From SAR324 cluster bacterium (GTDB lineage: Bacteria > SAR324 > NAC60-12): DNA of 64,000 nucleotides. The position numbers were made by a program, and so were the translations under genes. The DNA is taken from positions 2,677-66,676 of the forward strand of contig JADGAV010000009.1 of NCBI GenBank assembly GCA_015231825.1. Reading direction: 5' to 3'. Within the stretch, counting starts at the first letter, position 1; each line of letters begins with the position of its first letter. Positions 18,628-28,540 of this stretch are shown here, piece after piece. The notes below the pieces were generated by a model. It searched no databases and was not told the DNA's origin. It saw only the letters and a list, made by a program, of their open reading frames with translations.

Positions 18628-19299
18628 ATGGAAATAGGCCTACAAGATGTGGTAAAGCTGCTGCGCGTTCCGGAAGCGACAGTGAGCCGATGGGTTCGTC
18701 AGGGATATATTCCCTGTACATACCGCAATGGGAACTATCTTTTCAATCCCGTCACACTCAAATCCTGGGCAAAGTCGAAGCAGCTGCATTTGAGTCATCA
18801 ACGGCAAATCAAACCGGAAGCACAAAGCACCGAATCGGCCGATTTAATAGAAGCACTCAAACTGGGAGGAGTCCATTACAAAGTTAAAGGGGGCACAAAG
18901 CAGGAAGTTTTCCAGGAAGTTGAGCAGTTGTTTGCCTTCCCCACACAACAGTCACCTCCCCTTGCGGAACAGTTGATGAAACGTGAAAAACTTGCCGTGA
19001 CAGCAATTGGCCGCGGCATCGCCATACCTCATCCGCAGATTCCCAAGGATTGGGGACTCGGTGGTGCGCTTGTCGGTACATTTTTTCTGGAAACCCCTTT
19101 GGAATTTGGTGCGGTTGATCAGGTTCCCGTATTTGTTCTTTTTGTTCTGCTTTCCCCAACATCGCAAGTCCATCTGCAATTGCTTGCAAATCTGGCAAGA
19201 ATCCTGCGCAGAGACGATTTGATTGATTTTATAAGAAAACAATCAACACCAGAAGACCTTGTCTCGCAATTTAAAAAAGTACTGGAAGAAAACAACTAA
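18628..19299 (+). CDS. PTS EIIA (PtsN/Fru-type) protein with N-terminal excisionase-like HTH
   Basis: LQDVVKLLRVPEATVSRWVRQGYIP; RE...TAIGRGIAIPHP phospho-His motif; HLQLLANLARIL. Confidence 0.88.
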   Translation: MEIGLQDVVKLLRVPEATVSRWVRQGYIPCTYRNGNYLFNPVTLKSWAKSKQLHLSHQRQIKPEAQSTESADLIEALKLGGVHYKVKGGTKQEVFQEVEQLFAFPTQQSPPLAEQLMKREKLAVTAIGRGIAIPHPQIPKDWGLGGALVGTFFLETPLEFGAVDQVPVFVLFVLLSPTSQVHLQLLANLARILRRDDLIDFIRKQSTPEDLVSQFKKVLEENN

Positions 19300-21022
19300 A
19301 CTCCTGCCTTCAGGACTCACCGAAAACTACGATCCGCTTCTTTCTCGATTTCATCAGATCACAGCCAGAGAGATTGTTGTAATGATGTTCGGGGCACTGG
19401 TGGTTGGCATCGGCTGCGGTATGCTCGCGGTAGGGCTCAACTGGAGTGTCCATCATCTTCAGGAAGAGTTGCGTAGCCTCCCTCCGGGTTTGTGGACGAT
19501 TCTGTTTCCTGCAATCGGGGCGGGCAGTGCTGTTTTTTTCATTCGCTTTATTTTGAAGGATGACGGGGGACATGGTGTCCCCGAGGTGATTCGGAGTGTT
19601 TCCCTGGGGTCAGGAAAACTTCCCAAGCGGATGATTGGTTCTCGTTTTGTAGGCAGTTTGCTCACAGTCGGATTTGGCGGATCTGCTGGATTGGAAGGGC
19701 CGATTGTCTGCATAGGGGGCGCCTATGCGGCCTTGGTTGGTCGGTGGTTTGATTTGAATGAGCGGCGTCGGAAACTGCTGGTGGGCTATGGAACTGCCGG
19801 TGCAGTGGCAGGGATATTCAATGCGCCGATTACCGGTGTTTTTTTCGCCTTGGAAATTGTTTTGGGAGAGTGGTCGCTGCTGACGATTTTGCCGACAATT
19901 ATTGCCGCGACCTCAGCCACAGAACTGAGTCGGATGATGGTGGGCAATAAAATTGCCTTCTATCACGATATTGTCGGTTTTTCGTTTTTTTCACTTTGTG
20001 CCTGTGTGATTCTCGGATTTCTCACTGGAACAGCCTCTGTGATGTTCAATCGCAGCTTGAGCATGTGGGAGAAATTTTTTGAAAAATTGTCAAAGATAAC
20101 CTGGATCCGGGCAGCTCTCGGAGGTGTTGGAGTGGGGGTTCTCGGATTTCTGATGCCGGAAGTGCTTTCGGAAGGGTACGAAACAACACAGAATTTTTTA
20201 ATCAATCCTGCCCAGCAAACGCTGCAATTTGTATTTCTTTTTTTGCTGTTGAAATTCGTCGCCTGCGGGATAACTGTGGGCAGCGGGGGAGTAGGGGGTG
20301 TTTTTGCTCCCAGTCTCGTAATCGGCAGCAGCATCGGGATGGCATTTGGAATGCTTCTGCATCTGCTCCCCTTCGGAGGAATTGCTGATGCAGAAGCTTT
20401 TTCACTATCTGCAATGGCAGGGATGGTGACCGGGGTGATGCAGGGACCGTTGACAGGCATATTTTTAATTATGGAATCTACCGGAGGTTATTCTCTGATC
20501 TTGCCATTGATGCTGACGGCCAGCAGCTCCATGTTGACCAGCCATCTGATGGATGTCGGTTCCGTTTATACACGTTCGCTGATAAAGACAGGTGATTTGG
20601 CGCGCCCCGGCAGCGATGCCTATTTGCTGCATCATCTGAACATCAGGGACATCATGGATACCGATTGCATTTCAATCAGTGAAAGTCTTTTGCTGGGAGA
20701 TTTCATTGAAGTTTTTAAGAAATCGCACCGGAACTATTTTCCGGTACTGAGCGCGGAGGGTCAACAATGTGTCGGCGTGGTTTTTTTAGACGATATCCGG
20801 CCATATTTATTCCAGGATTATTTGTATGATTTACTGGCCATGGGGACTGTGATGCGGATGGTTCCTCAAATTTCTCCTTCTCAATCAGTGGATAGCGCTC
20901 TCAAAACTTTTGAACAAGCCAATGCCTGGTCGCTCCCTGTGGTTGAAAACGAAAAATTTATCGGCATGCTTTCCAAATCCACTTTGTTTGATCACTACAG
21001 AAGGGAATTTCTTGTGCAGTAG
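19259..21022 (+). CDS. CLC family chloride channel/antiporter with two CBS domains
   Basis: GHGVPEV, GGSAGLEGP, AGIFNAP, GGVGGVFAP, SVYT; C-terminal CBS pair; start uncertain. Confidence 0.92.
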   Translation: MSRNLKKYWKKTTKLLPSGLTENYDPLLSRFHQITAREIVVMMFGALVVGIGCGMLAVGLNWSVHHLQEELRSLPPGLWTILFPAIGAGSAVFFIRFILKDDGGHGVPEVIRSVSLGSGKLPKRMIGSRFVGSLLTVGFGGSAGLEGPIVCIGGAYAALVGRWFDLNERRRKLLVGYGTAGAVAGIFNAPITGVFFALEIVLGEWSLLTILPTIIAATSATELSRMMVGNKIAFYHDIVGFSFFSLCACVILGFLTGTASVMFNRSLSMWEKFFEKLSKITWIRAALGGVGVGVLGFLMPEVLSEGYETTQNFLINPAQQTLQFVFLFLLLKFVACGITVGSGGVGGVFAPSLVIGSSIGMAFGMLLHLLPFGGIADAEAFSLSAMAGMVTGVMQGPLTGIFLIMESTGGYSLILPLMLTASSSMLTSHLMDVGSVYTRSLIKTGDLARPGSDAYLLHHLNIRDIMDTDCISISESLLLGDFIEVFKKSHRNYFPVLSAEGQQCVGVVFLDDIRPYLFQDYLYDLLAMGTVMRMVPQISPSQSVDSALKTFEQANAWSLPVVENEKFIGMLSKSTLFDHYRREFLVQ

Positions 21023-21033
21023 GAATCGATTCG

Positions 21034-21567
21034 TTATCCTGCATTTTGCTGGAAACTCCATTTGTTCAGAACCAACGACCAGGCCAATCCCCCAAAGGTT
21101 TTTGCCGCAAATTGGCCGAGGATAATTTGAATAAGGACGCCGAAAGGGAGCGATAAACCAAAGGCAAAAATGGGGAAGATGATGGAATCAAGTGCGCTGC
21201 CTGCGAGATTGGATCCGTTGGAGCGCAGCAGGAACTGTTTTTTTCGCAGTAGCGAGTAAACCAGAGCATCCCCCAGGCCTGCTATTAAAAATGCAGCGGC
21301 ACTGGCGATAGAAATCTGCAGGACTTCGGATAAGCGATCGAACTGCAGTGCGATGTTCAGCACAATCGTTATCAGGGAACCTCCACAAATGAGTGCAAAC
21401 ATTCTTAACCAAAGATTGCTCCCCTGCCACTGATCATGCAGTTTGTCTCTGAGAGACAAATCCAATCCAATCAGGAAAAAAGCTGTTGCAATGGCGGCTT
21501 GCGGACCCAACCATAAAATAATCAGGTTGGCCATCGTGATAGCTGCTAAATAAATAGTGACTAGCAT
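21034..21567 (-). CDS. VUT/YhhQ-like (queuosine precursor transporter family) membrane protein
   Basis: YLAAITMANL, FLIGLDLSLRD, LGDALVY, RSNGSNLAGSALDS, QFAAK. Confidence 0.75.
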   Translation of the reverse strand: MLVTIYLAAITMANLIILWLGPQAAIATAFFLIGLDLSLRDKLHDQWQGSNLWLRMFALICGGSLITIVLNIALQFDRLSEVLQISIASAAAFLIAGLGDALVYSLLRKKQFLLRSNGSNLAGSALDSIIFPIFAFGLSLPFGVLIQIILGQFAAKTFGGLAWSLVLNKWSFQQNAG

Positions 21568-21701
21568 TCCTATTCTCGACTTTCAAAAAAGCTGTGACCA
21601 GAATTGATTTCTGTCATTTTTTTTAAACCATGGCTGCAGGCTGTTCGCTGTCAATTGGCACAGGCGGCGAAGCTGCTTTATCTCGATAAAAAATTCAGGT
21701 T

Positions 21702-22112
21702 TCAAGTTTCAGAATTTCGCATCGACTTCCAAGGTTCCTCCTGACTGACGTCGATCAGCAGCGGGCCTTCGGTCTTGGCAGGACTGAGGATTGCGATAAA
21801 GGTACAGGTTTCTTCGGTGATGTTGTAAGTTCCGTGGACAACATCAGTGGGAATATGAGCAATTTCACCTTTTTTAAGAATCTGCTTTTTTTCTCCAACC
21901 CATTGCTCCGCCTGTCCTTCCAAAATATACAGAACCTCTTCACATTCAGGATGGCGGTGGAACTCGTGCGCTTTTCCGGCAGGCATTTTGACACGCACAA
22001 CCAGGAGTTTTTCGGCAGCTGTCAGACCTGGACGGGATAACCACTCGTGAGGCCCCCAGGGCAATTCTTCGACTTCAATTTCTTTATCAGTGACAAAACA
22101 ATGTCCGCACAT
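21702..22112 (-). CDS. Cupin-2 domain protein
   Basis: AHEFHRHPECEEVLYILEG...HIPTDVVHGTYN. Confidence 0.9.
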   Translation of the reverse strand: MCGHCFVTDKEIEVEELPWGPHEWLSRPGLTAAEKLLVVRVKMPAGKAHEFHRHPECEEVLYILEGQAEQWVGEKKQILKKGEIAHIPTDVVHGTYNITEETCTFIAILSPAKTEGPLLIDVSQEEPWKSMRNSET

Positions 22113-22139
22113 CGTAGTTTTCTGTTGAAAGGTAATAAA

Positions 22140-23375
22140 TTATTGCTTGGCAAGCATGTCACAAAGCATTGTGGTGGCTTTTCTTGAAAATTCAAGATCA
22201 TTGATATTGTGATTCAGTTCCACAATAGGAATTTCAGGTTTCAGTTTTGACTGAAGCCCTTCAATAAAAGCGTGGTCGGCGTCCGGATCCCAGAAAATTC
22301 CCGGTTGACCTTTTTCATCAATGGAATCAACTACAGAATAGCCTTGAAGGGGGATCAGAAAAGCAACAGGTCCCATCGCGCGGTTGGCTTTTTCAGCAAA
22401 GATTTCACCCATCTTTCGGTTTTCTTCAACGGTGGTGCGCATCAAAGTCACACTGGGGTTCCATTCGTAGAAGAGTCGGTCGTTGTATTTTTCAGGAACA
22501 GTATCGCGTCCGCTGTAGTTGACCATATCAAGACAGCCCGGTACCATCAAATGAGGGATTCCTGCTTTTCCCGGAGCATCCAAACGGGATTCTCCTGCAT
22601 TGAGGATTCCTCCGCAGATCTGATCGGCCCACTCGGTGGTGGTGATGTCCAATACAGCATCAACCCATCCGTCATCCACGAGGCTTTCCATGATTTTTCC
22701 TCCTGTTCCTGTGGCATGGAAAACAAGGACTTCAAAGCCTTTTTCAGTCAAAATTTCCCGGCATTGATCGACGGATTGCGTGGTGTTACCGAACATGGAT
22801 GCGGCAATAATGGCTTTGTCTTCCGCATCAATTTTTTCTTCTGTTTCGACCATACCGCAGATTGCTCCGACAGCCCGAGTGAATATTTTTCGACTGATCT
22901 GATTGACTCCAGCCACATCCACCACCGCAGGCATCATCGTAATATCCCTTGTTCCAATCCAGGCGGATGTGTCTGTTGTGGCCAAAGTCGAAACACAAAC
23001 TTTAGGAAAGCCGATGGGCAGTTCCTGCATTGCCGCTGTGGCCATTGCAGTTCCGCCGCCGCCGCCCATGCCGAAAACACCATCAATCCGTTTTTCTTCA
23101 AAGAGTTTCTTTGTAAGAAGGCGCGCACCTGTGCACATGACAGGAACCGCCTGCCCCCTATCTTTCTTTTCTCGGAGTGATCGTATGTTTTTTCCAGCGG
23201 CCCTCGCGACCTCTTCAGCTTCGAAATCGACTGGGAATAGTTCCGTGCTTCCCAAAATACCGGTGTTCATGGCCAGAACCCAATGTCCTCGTTCAAGGAT
23301 GAGATCACGAACAAAACGATATTCTTCCCCCTTGGAGTCAAATGCACCGACGATCAAAATTGTTTTTTTTGACAT
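22140..23375 (-). CDS. Tm-1-like ATP-binding domain protein (UPF0261)
   Basis: GAFDSKGEEY, GMGGGGGT, LPIGFPKVCVST, VVDVAGVN, ASMFGNTT, VFHATGTGG, DITTTE, HNPS-like NPSVTLMRT; ATG 23375. Confidence 0.9.
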   Translation of the reverse strand: MSKKTILIVGAFDSKGEEYRFVRDLILERGHWVLAMNTGILGSTELFPVDFEAEEVARAAGKNIRSLREKKDRGQAVPVMCTGARLLTKKLFEEKRIDGVFGMGGGGGTAMATAAMQELPIGFPKVCVSTLATTDTSAWIGTRDITMMPAVVDVAGVNQISRKIFTRAVGAICGMVETEEKIDAEDKAIIAASMFGNTTQSVDQCREILTEKGFEVLVFHATGTGGKIMESLVDDGWVDAVLDITTTEWADQICGGILNAGESRLDAPGKAGIPHLMVPGCLDMVNYSGRDTVPEKYNDRLFYEWNPSVTLMRTTVEENRKMGEIFAEKANRAMGPVAFLIPLQGYSVVDSIDEKGQPGIFWDPDADHAFIEGLQSKLKPEIPIVELNHNINDLEFSRKATTMLCDMLAKQ

Positions 23376-23397
23376 AAGATTATTCCCGTTGGAAGAT

Positions 23398-24276
23398 TCA
23401 GGAAGCAAAGCGAAGCTTTTTGAATTCTTGAATACGTTCAGTAATTGCAATTTCAGTAGGAAGCCGTTCCATGGAACTGGCCCCGTAAAAACCATCCACC
23501 CCCTCAACCCTTTCCAGAATATACTGGGCATCGGCCGGCATTGCAATCGGACCGCCATGACAGATGACAATCACATCATCCCGAATGCTTTTGCAGGTTT
23601 CCACGATCTTTTGAATTTCTACAACACAGGTGTCCAGTGTTTTTACGGTTTGCGCCCCAATGGAACCGCTGATGGTGGTTCCCATATGCGCTACAATTAA
23701 ATCGGCCCCCGCTTCAGTCATCATTTTTGCCTCTTCAATGTTGAAAACATAGGGAGTTGTTAGCATATCCAGTTCATGAGCAGCAGCAACGCATTCCACC
23801 TCGAGGTAGTAACCCATCCCTGTTTCCTCAAGATTGACCCTGAAAGTGCCGTCACAGATTCCTACAGTGGGAAAATTTTGGATTCCCGAAAAACCAAGCT
23901 CGATCAGTTCTTTAAGAAATTTTTCCCGTATCATGAATGGGTCTGTTCCGCAAACTCCTGCCAAAACGGGTGTATTTTTTACGACAGGAAGGACTTCATA
24001 AGCCATTTCCCTGACAATGTCGTTTGCATTTCCATAGGGCATCAGTCCGGCCATCGAACCGCGACCTGCCATTCGATAGCGTCCCGAATTGTAGATCACA
24101 ATCAGGTCGATACCCCCCTGTTCTTCACATTTTGCTGAGATTCCTGTTCCCGCTCCTCCGCCCATTATTGGTTCGCCTCGTGCAATTTTATCACGTAGTC
24201 CGATCAGAATTTCTTTCCGGTTTTTTGTACACCCCACTTGGACCTCTTGGATTGATAGGTTAATCTTAATTTTCAA
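23398..24276 (-). CDS. TIM-barrel protein of the phosphoenolpyruvate hydrolase-like / Tm-1 C-terminal family
   Basis: [52 protein letters not shown]; start TTG 24276 (overlapping xylB stop) or GTG 24237. Confidence 0.9.
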   Translation of the reverse strand: MKIKINLSIQEVQVGCTKNRKEILIGLRDKIARGEPIMGGGAGTGISAKCEEQGGIDLIVIYNSGRYRMAGRGSMAGLMPYGNANDIVREMAYEVLPVVKNTPVLAGVCGTDPFMIREKFLKELIELGFSGIQNFPTVGICDGTFRVNLEETGMGYYLEVECVAAAHELDMLTTPYVFNIEEAKMMTEAGADLIVAHMGTTISGSIGAQTVKTLDTCVVEIQKIVETCKSIRDDVIVICHGGPIAMPADAQYILERVEGVDGFYGASSMERLPTEIAITERIQEFKKLRFAS

Positions 24277-25781
24277 ATAGAATATGGAGTCATCAATTGG
24301 TTCAGCTCCAGATAGCGTTGATAAATTTCCCCATATTGAGCCACTGAGTTTTTCTCAGGAAGGCTTCGGGTTGATTCATCCAGGAAAACAAATTTTTCTG
24401 TTATTTCCTTAAAAGATGCAGGACCTTCTGTTTCATTGAGGAAACACCACATTGCCTGTAAAGCTGCCCCCATTGCTCCGGCTTCGGAGGATTTCGGGCA
24501 GACTACGGAACAATTGAAAACATCGGCGACCATTTGACGCCAAAGTGCGCTTTTTGCGCCGCCACCGACCAAACGGATTTCTTGAGGAACGATCCCTTGC
24601 TGGCGAAGCACATCCAAACCATAACGCAAGCCCAAGGTTGCTCCTTCCATAGCTGCACGACAAAGATTGGCGGCTGTATAGTTGATTGCGGAAATTCCGA
24701 AAAGGGTCGCTTTGGCATTTGGCAAAGCAGGAGTCCGTTCTCCATTGAAGTAGGGAAGGAGAATCAGGCCTTCAGAACCAGCAGGGGCCGATGCCGCTTT
24801 TTGATTCAATTCTTTAATGCCGAGACCCAGGAGGGCCCGAGTCAACTCAGTTGATACGGTGACGTTCATGGTGCAGACCAAGGGCAGCCAATGCCCGCTG
24901 CTCGAACAAAAGGCGGCCAGTTCTCCTTTGGGATCGATGATCGGTTTGTCCGCGCAAGAGTAGATTGCACCGGAGGTTCCCAGGCTGGTTGTGACAACAC
25001 CCGGCGTCACGTTTCCAGTTCCAATAGCGGCCATCATATTGTCGCCTCCTCCGGAAGAAACGATCACATCGGGGGACAGCTGAAACTGTTTTGCAGTTTT
25101 TTGGCTGATCTTGCCGATGGGGACATGCGACTCGACCAATTCCGGAAGACAGTCCGAGAGTTTTCCGGAATCGTCAATTGCCTCAAGAATCGCTGGGGCC
25201 CAGGATCTGTTTTTCACATCAAAATAGGCCGTTCCGGATGCGTCTCCGCACTCAGTTTTTTGTTCTCCGGTAAGCCAGTAGTTGATGTAGTCGTGAGGGA
25301 GAAGCACTTTGGCCAGACGCTGATAGTTTTCTGCTTCATTTTGTTTCATCCAAAGGATTTTGGAAGCAGTAAATCCTGCCGCAACAGAATTCCCAATCAG
25401 TTCAACAACTTTTTCAGGCCCGCCCACTTTCATTGTGATTTCCTCGCATTGCGACACGGTCTCGGTATCACACCAGAGTTTGGCGGGGCGGATGACCCTG
25501 CCTGCTCCGTCAAGAGGGGTCATTCCATGCTGTTGTCCGGAAACACCAATCGCCTTGACCTCTTTTGAGGATCCCGGTGTTTTTAAAACTTCATTGATCA
25601 CTTTGCTACAGGCTTCAGTCCACCAGGAGGGTTCCTGTTCCTTTTTTCCTGAATTATTCTCAATCAGTTCATGGGGAGCGTAGGCTTCTGAAATCACTTT
25701 CTTTTGCCGGGTACTAAAGAGAATGGCTTTGGTGCCCTGTGTACCGCTGTCAATTCCTAAAAATAATTGATCTCCAGACAT
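24273..25781 (-). CDS. xylB: Xylulokinase
   Basis: [56 protein letters not shown]. Confidence 0.93.
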   Translation of the reverse strand: MSGDQLFLGIDSGTQGTKAILFSTRQKKVISEAYAPHELIENNSGKKEQEPSWWTEACSKVINEVLKTPGSSKEVKAIGVSGQQHGMTPLDGAGRVIRPAKLWCDTETVSQCEEITMKVGGPEKVVELIGNSVAAGFTASKILWMKQNEAENYQRLAKVLLPHDYINYWLTGEQKTECGDASGTAYFDVKNRSWAPAILEAIDDSGKLSDCLPELVESHVPIGKISQKTAKQFQLSPDVIVSSGGGDNMMAAIGTGNVTPGVVTTSLGTSGAIYSCADKPIIDPKGELAAFCSSSGHWLPLVCTMNVTVSTELTRALLGLGIKELNQKAASAPAGSEGLILLPYFNGERTPALPNAKATLFGISAINYTAANLCRAAMEGATLGLRYGLDVLRQQGIVPQEIRLVGGGAKSALWRQMVADVFNCSVVCPKSSEAGAMGAALQAMWCFLNETEGPASFKEITEKFVFLDESTRSLPEKNSVAQYGEIYQRYLELNQLMTPYSI

Positions 25782-25789
25782 TTTGACCC

Positions 25790-27103
25790 TTAAAGATAGG
25801 AGTTGATCAAATTTTCAATCATTTCCTGACGACCGCTGACAACGTTCGGTTCCCCATGTTCGAGAACGTATTGTTCCAATTCTGCAAAATTGCTTTCTCC
25901 TTTGGAAATTTTTGCTCCAATCCCGCTGGAGTAACTGGCATATCGATCTTCTATGATACGGGATAAAATCCCGTCATCAATTATCTTTTGGGCTGTGAGG
26001 AGAGCACGGGCCATAGAGTCCATTCCGCCGATATGTGCGTAAAACATATCGACGAGGTCCACTGAACTTCGTCTCGGTTTTGCATCAAAATTGAGTCCTC
26101 CGCTGCCCAGACCGCCATGTTTGAGAACCACGAGCATCATCATCACATTGGCGTGGATGTCAGTTGGAAATTGATCCGTATCCCAACCGTTTTGCGGGTC
26201 ACCGCGATTGGCGTCAATGCTTCCCAGTTTTCCCGCACTTGCAGCAACCGTCAAATCGTGTTCGGTAGCATGACCGGCCAAGGTGGAATGGTTGGGCTCG
26301 TGGTTTATTTTGAAATGATCAAACAAATCGTAGGCACGCAAAAAATTGAGCACTGTGGCAGAATCAACATCATACTGATGTTTGGTCGGTTCCATGGGTT
26401 TGGGTTCGATCAGGAACTGCCCGGAAAAGCCAATTTCTTTGGCATAGGCGACCGCCATGTGTAAAAAATTTGCAAAATTTTCCTGCTCGCGTTTCATGTC
26501 GGTGTTGAGGATTGTTTCATAGCCTTCGCGACCCCCCCAAAAAACATAATTCTCTCCTCCCAATTCGTGCGTGGCAGCGATAGCGTGTTTGGCCTGGGCT
26601 GCGGCATAGGCATAGACATGGGCATCCGGGTTGGTTCCTGCACCATGGGTGTATCGGCGATTTGAAAAAAGATTGGCAGTTCCCCAAAGCAATTTAATTC
26701 CGCTTTCCTCCTGTTTTCTCTTTGCACGTTGGACTATATGCTCAAGGTTTTTGCAGGATTCTCCGAAATTTGCTCCCTCTGGAGCGATGTCGCGATCATG
26801 AAATGTATAGTACGGGACTCCCATTTTTTGAAAAAATTCAAATGCTGCGTCTTGCCGGTTTTCTGCTTCTGCCAACGAGTTAGTGTTGTCAAACCAGGGG
26901 CGGAGAAATGTTGCTTCTCCAAAGGGATCTGAACCTCGGTACTGGAAAGTATGCCAATAGCAGATTGCAAATCTCAGATGGTCTCTCATGGTCTTTCCCG
27001 CGACGATTTGATCGGCGTTGTAGTATCGGAAGGCCAGCGGATTTGTCGTATCTCTCCCTTCGTATCGGACGGGTTCTGCGACTTCTGGAAAATAATGGGT
27101 CAT
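25790..27103 (-). CDS. xylA: Xylose isomerase (class II)
   Basis: HLRFAICYWHTF, FHDRD, LWGTANLF, WGGREGY, IEPKPMEP, DANRGD, GWDTDQFP, GGLNFDAK. Confidence 0.96.
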   Translation of the reverse strand: MTHYFPEVAEPVRYEGRDTTNPLAFRYYNADQIVAGKTMRDHLRFAICYWHTFQYRGSDPFGEATFLRPWFDNTNSLAEAENRQDAAFEFFQKMGVPYYTFHDRDIAPEGANFGESCKNLEHIVQRAKRKQEESGIKLLWGTANLFSNRRYTHGAGTNPDAHVYAYAAAQAKHAIAATHELGGENYVFWGGREGYETILNTDMKREQENFANFLHMAVAYAKEIGFSGQFLIEPKPMEPTKHQYDVDSATVLNFLRAYDLFDHFKINHEPNHSTLAGHATEHDLTVAASAGKLGSIDANRGDPQNGWDTDQFPTDIHANVMMMLVVLKHGGLGSGGLNFDAKPRRSSVDLVDMFYAHIGGMDSMARALLTAQKIIDDGILSRIIEDRYASYSSGIGAKISKGESNFAELEQYVLEHGEPNVVSGRQEMIENLINSYL

Positions 27104-27146
27104 ATTTACCTCATGGACAAAAAAGTGTTCAATGCTTGTTTCTGTT

Positions 27147-28361
27147 TCAGATTGTTGGTTTGATTCGATTTAACGGAGATTTATATAGCTCCTGCAAGAC
27201 GAGGCTCGCAGCCCCGCGCGCCCAGTCCGTATCGTCCCATTTCTGAATGAGGATTTTGGCGGAGCTGAGCATTTCATGATGGGAGTGGCGATTCACTGCC
27301 TCGCGCATAGGGACAAACAACATGTCCCCTGCCCGGACTCCCTCACCGGTGATAATGATTCGTTCCGGATTAAAAATATGGATTAAATTTGATAACCCAA
27401 TGCCCAGTATTTCTCCGGCTTTTTTAAAGATGCTGCGCAGCACCGGCTGACCCTTTTGGGCGAGAGCGGTCACTTTTTCAATAGTCAGCTGCTCAATGTT
27501 GTCAGCATGCCATTTTTGATCAGCATGGGCTTGCCGTGCCAGTTCCAAAATGGAAACATCACTGACGTAGGCCTCCAGGCATCCTTTTTTCCCGCAGCGG
27601 CACAATGTTCCCTCGGGGATCAGAACCATGTGTCCACATTCGGCACCAATGCTTTTGACTCCCCGGTACATCTGACTGTTGATCACAATCCCCATCCCGA
27701 TACCATGTTCGATGGTGACGACTATAAAATTATCGATCCCCTTTCCCTGACCGAACCATTGTTCGCCCAGAGTGATCGTGTTGGCATCATTTTCGATATA
27801 GGTGCTGATTTTCAATCGCTCTTGAATCAAATCCCGCAATGGAATTTCTCCTTTTTGATAGAGAGGAGTCCAATGGCAGATTCCGGAGCGGCTGTCTATG
27901 AATCCGGGAATCCCGATCCCGATTCCAGAAATTTGTTTGAGCTGAAGTTGCGCTTCTTCAACGCAGTGACGGATTCCGTCTTCAATCAGGTTGGCGATAT
28001 ACTCAACGGGCCGCTTGCCGGTCTGGATCGGAATCGCCAATGAACTCAAAATACCGGCTTCCATGTTGGTGACCGCAAAACTTACTTTGAAGGCAGAAAT
28101 TTTCACTCCGACCACATAAACCGCATCGGGGTTGAGGGCGAGCATTACTCTCCGGCGACCTCGTAAAGAAGAATCTTGAATTTCTTTTTCGAAAATTAAA
28201 TTTTCTGAAATCAACCGTGCGGTGATGCCGGTGACCGAAGCGCGACTGATGCCGGTGATTCGCGCAATTTCAACCCTGGAAATAGCATTTGATGTCCGGA
28301 TTGTGTTCAGAATGCTGAATTGATTGATCTCCCGGATCAGTTCTCGATTTGCGACAGCCAT
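27147..28361 (-). CDS. xylR: ROK family transcriptional repressor (XylR-like)
   Basis: N-terminal HTH ISRVEIARITGISRASVT, GIGIGIPG, ENDAN, GIGMG, ECGH...CRCGKKGCLE. Confidence 0.85.
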   Translation of the reverse strand: MAVANRELIREINQFSILNTIRTSNAISRVEIARITGISRASVTGITARLISENLIFEKEIQDSSLRGRRRVMLALNPDAVYVVGVKISAFKVSFAVTNMEAGILSSLAIPIQTGKRPVEYIANLIEDGIRHCVEEAQLQLKQISGIGIGIPGFIDSRSGICHWTPLYQKGEIPLRDLIQERLKISTYIENDANTITLGEQWFGQGKGIDNFIVVTIEHGIGMGIVINSQMYRGVKSIGAECGHMVLIPEGTLCRCGKKGCLEAYVSDVSILELARQAHADQKWHADNIEQLTIEKVTALAQKGQPVLRSIFKKAGEILGIGLSNLIHIFNPERIIITGEGVRAGDMLFVPMREAVNRHSHHEMLSSAKILIQKWDDTDWARGAASLVLQELYKSPLNRIKPTI

Positions 28362-28540
28362 TTCTTCAGAAATTTTGATTTAATCAGTGAATTAAATAAT
28401 TTGAACATGAAGTAATTTTAAAGAAAAGGCAACTCCATTTTTCTACTTTTGCTGCTGAATCAATTTTAGGGTGAGACAAATAGATGTTCTCTACCGTGAA
28501 AAGGGAAGGCATCTGTCCCTTACTCTGCGGAAGACAAGGA

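Noticed and set aside
21568-21701. preQ1 riboswitch upstream of the VUT-family gene
   Set aside because: No preQ1 aptamer signature or A-rich pseudoknot tail visible.
22272-23700. Long plus-strand ORFs (302 aa and 265 aa) in the Tm-1 region
   Set aside because: Antisense shadows of the UPF0261 and TIM-barrel genes; no recognisable motifs.
28376-28400. ATTTAAT-N6-ATTAAAT palindrome before xylR, and related TCAGTGAATT at about 31893, as ROK operators
   Set aside because: AT-rich context and inconsistent spacing between the two sites; cannot be supported without comparative data.
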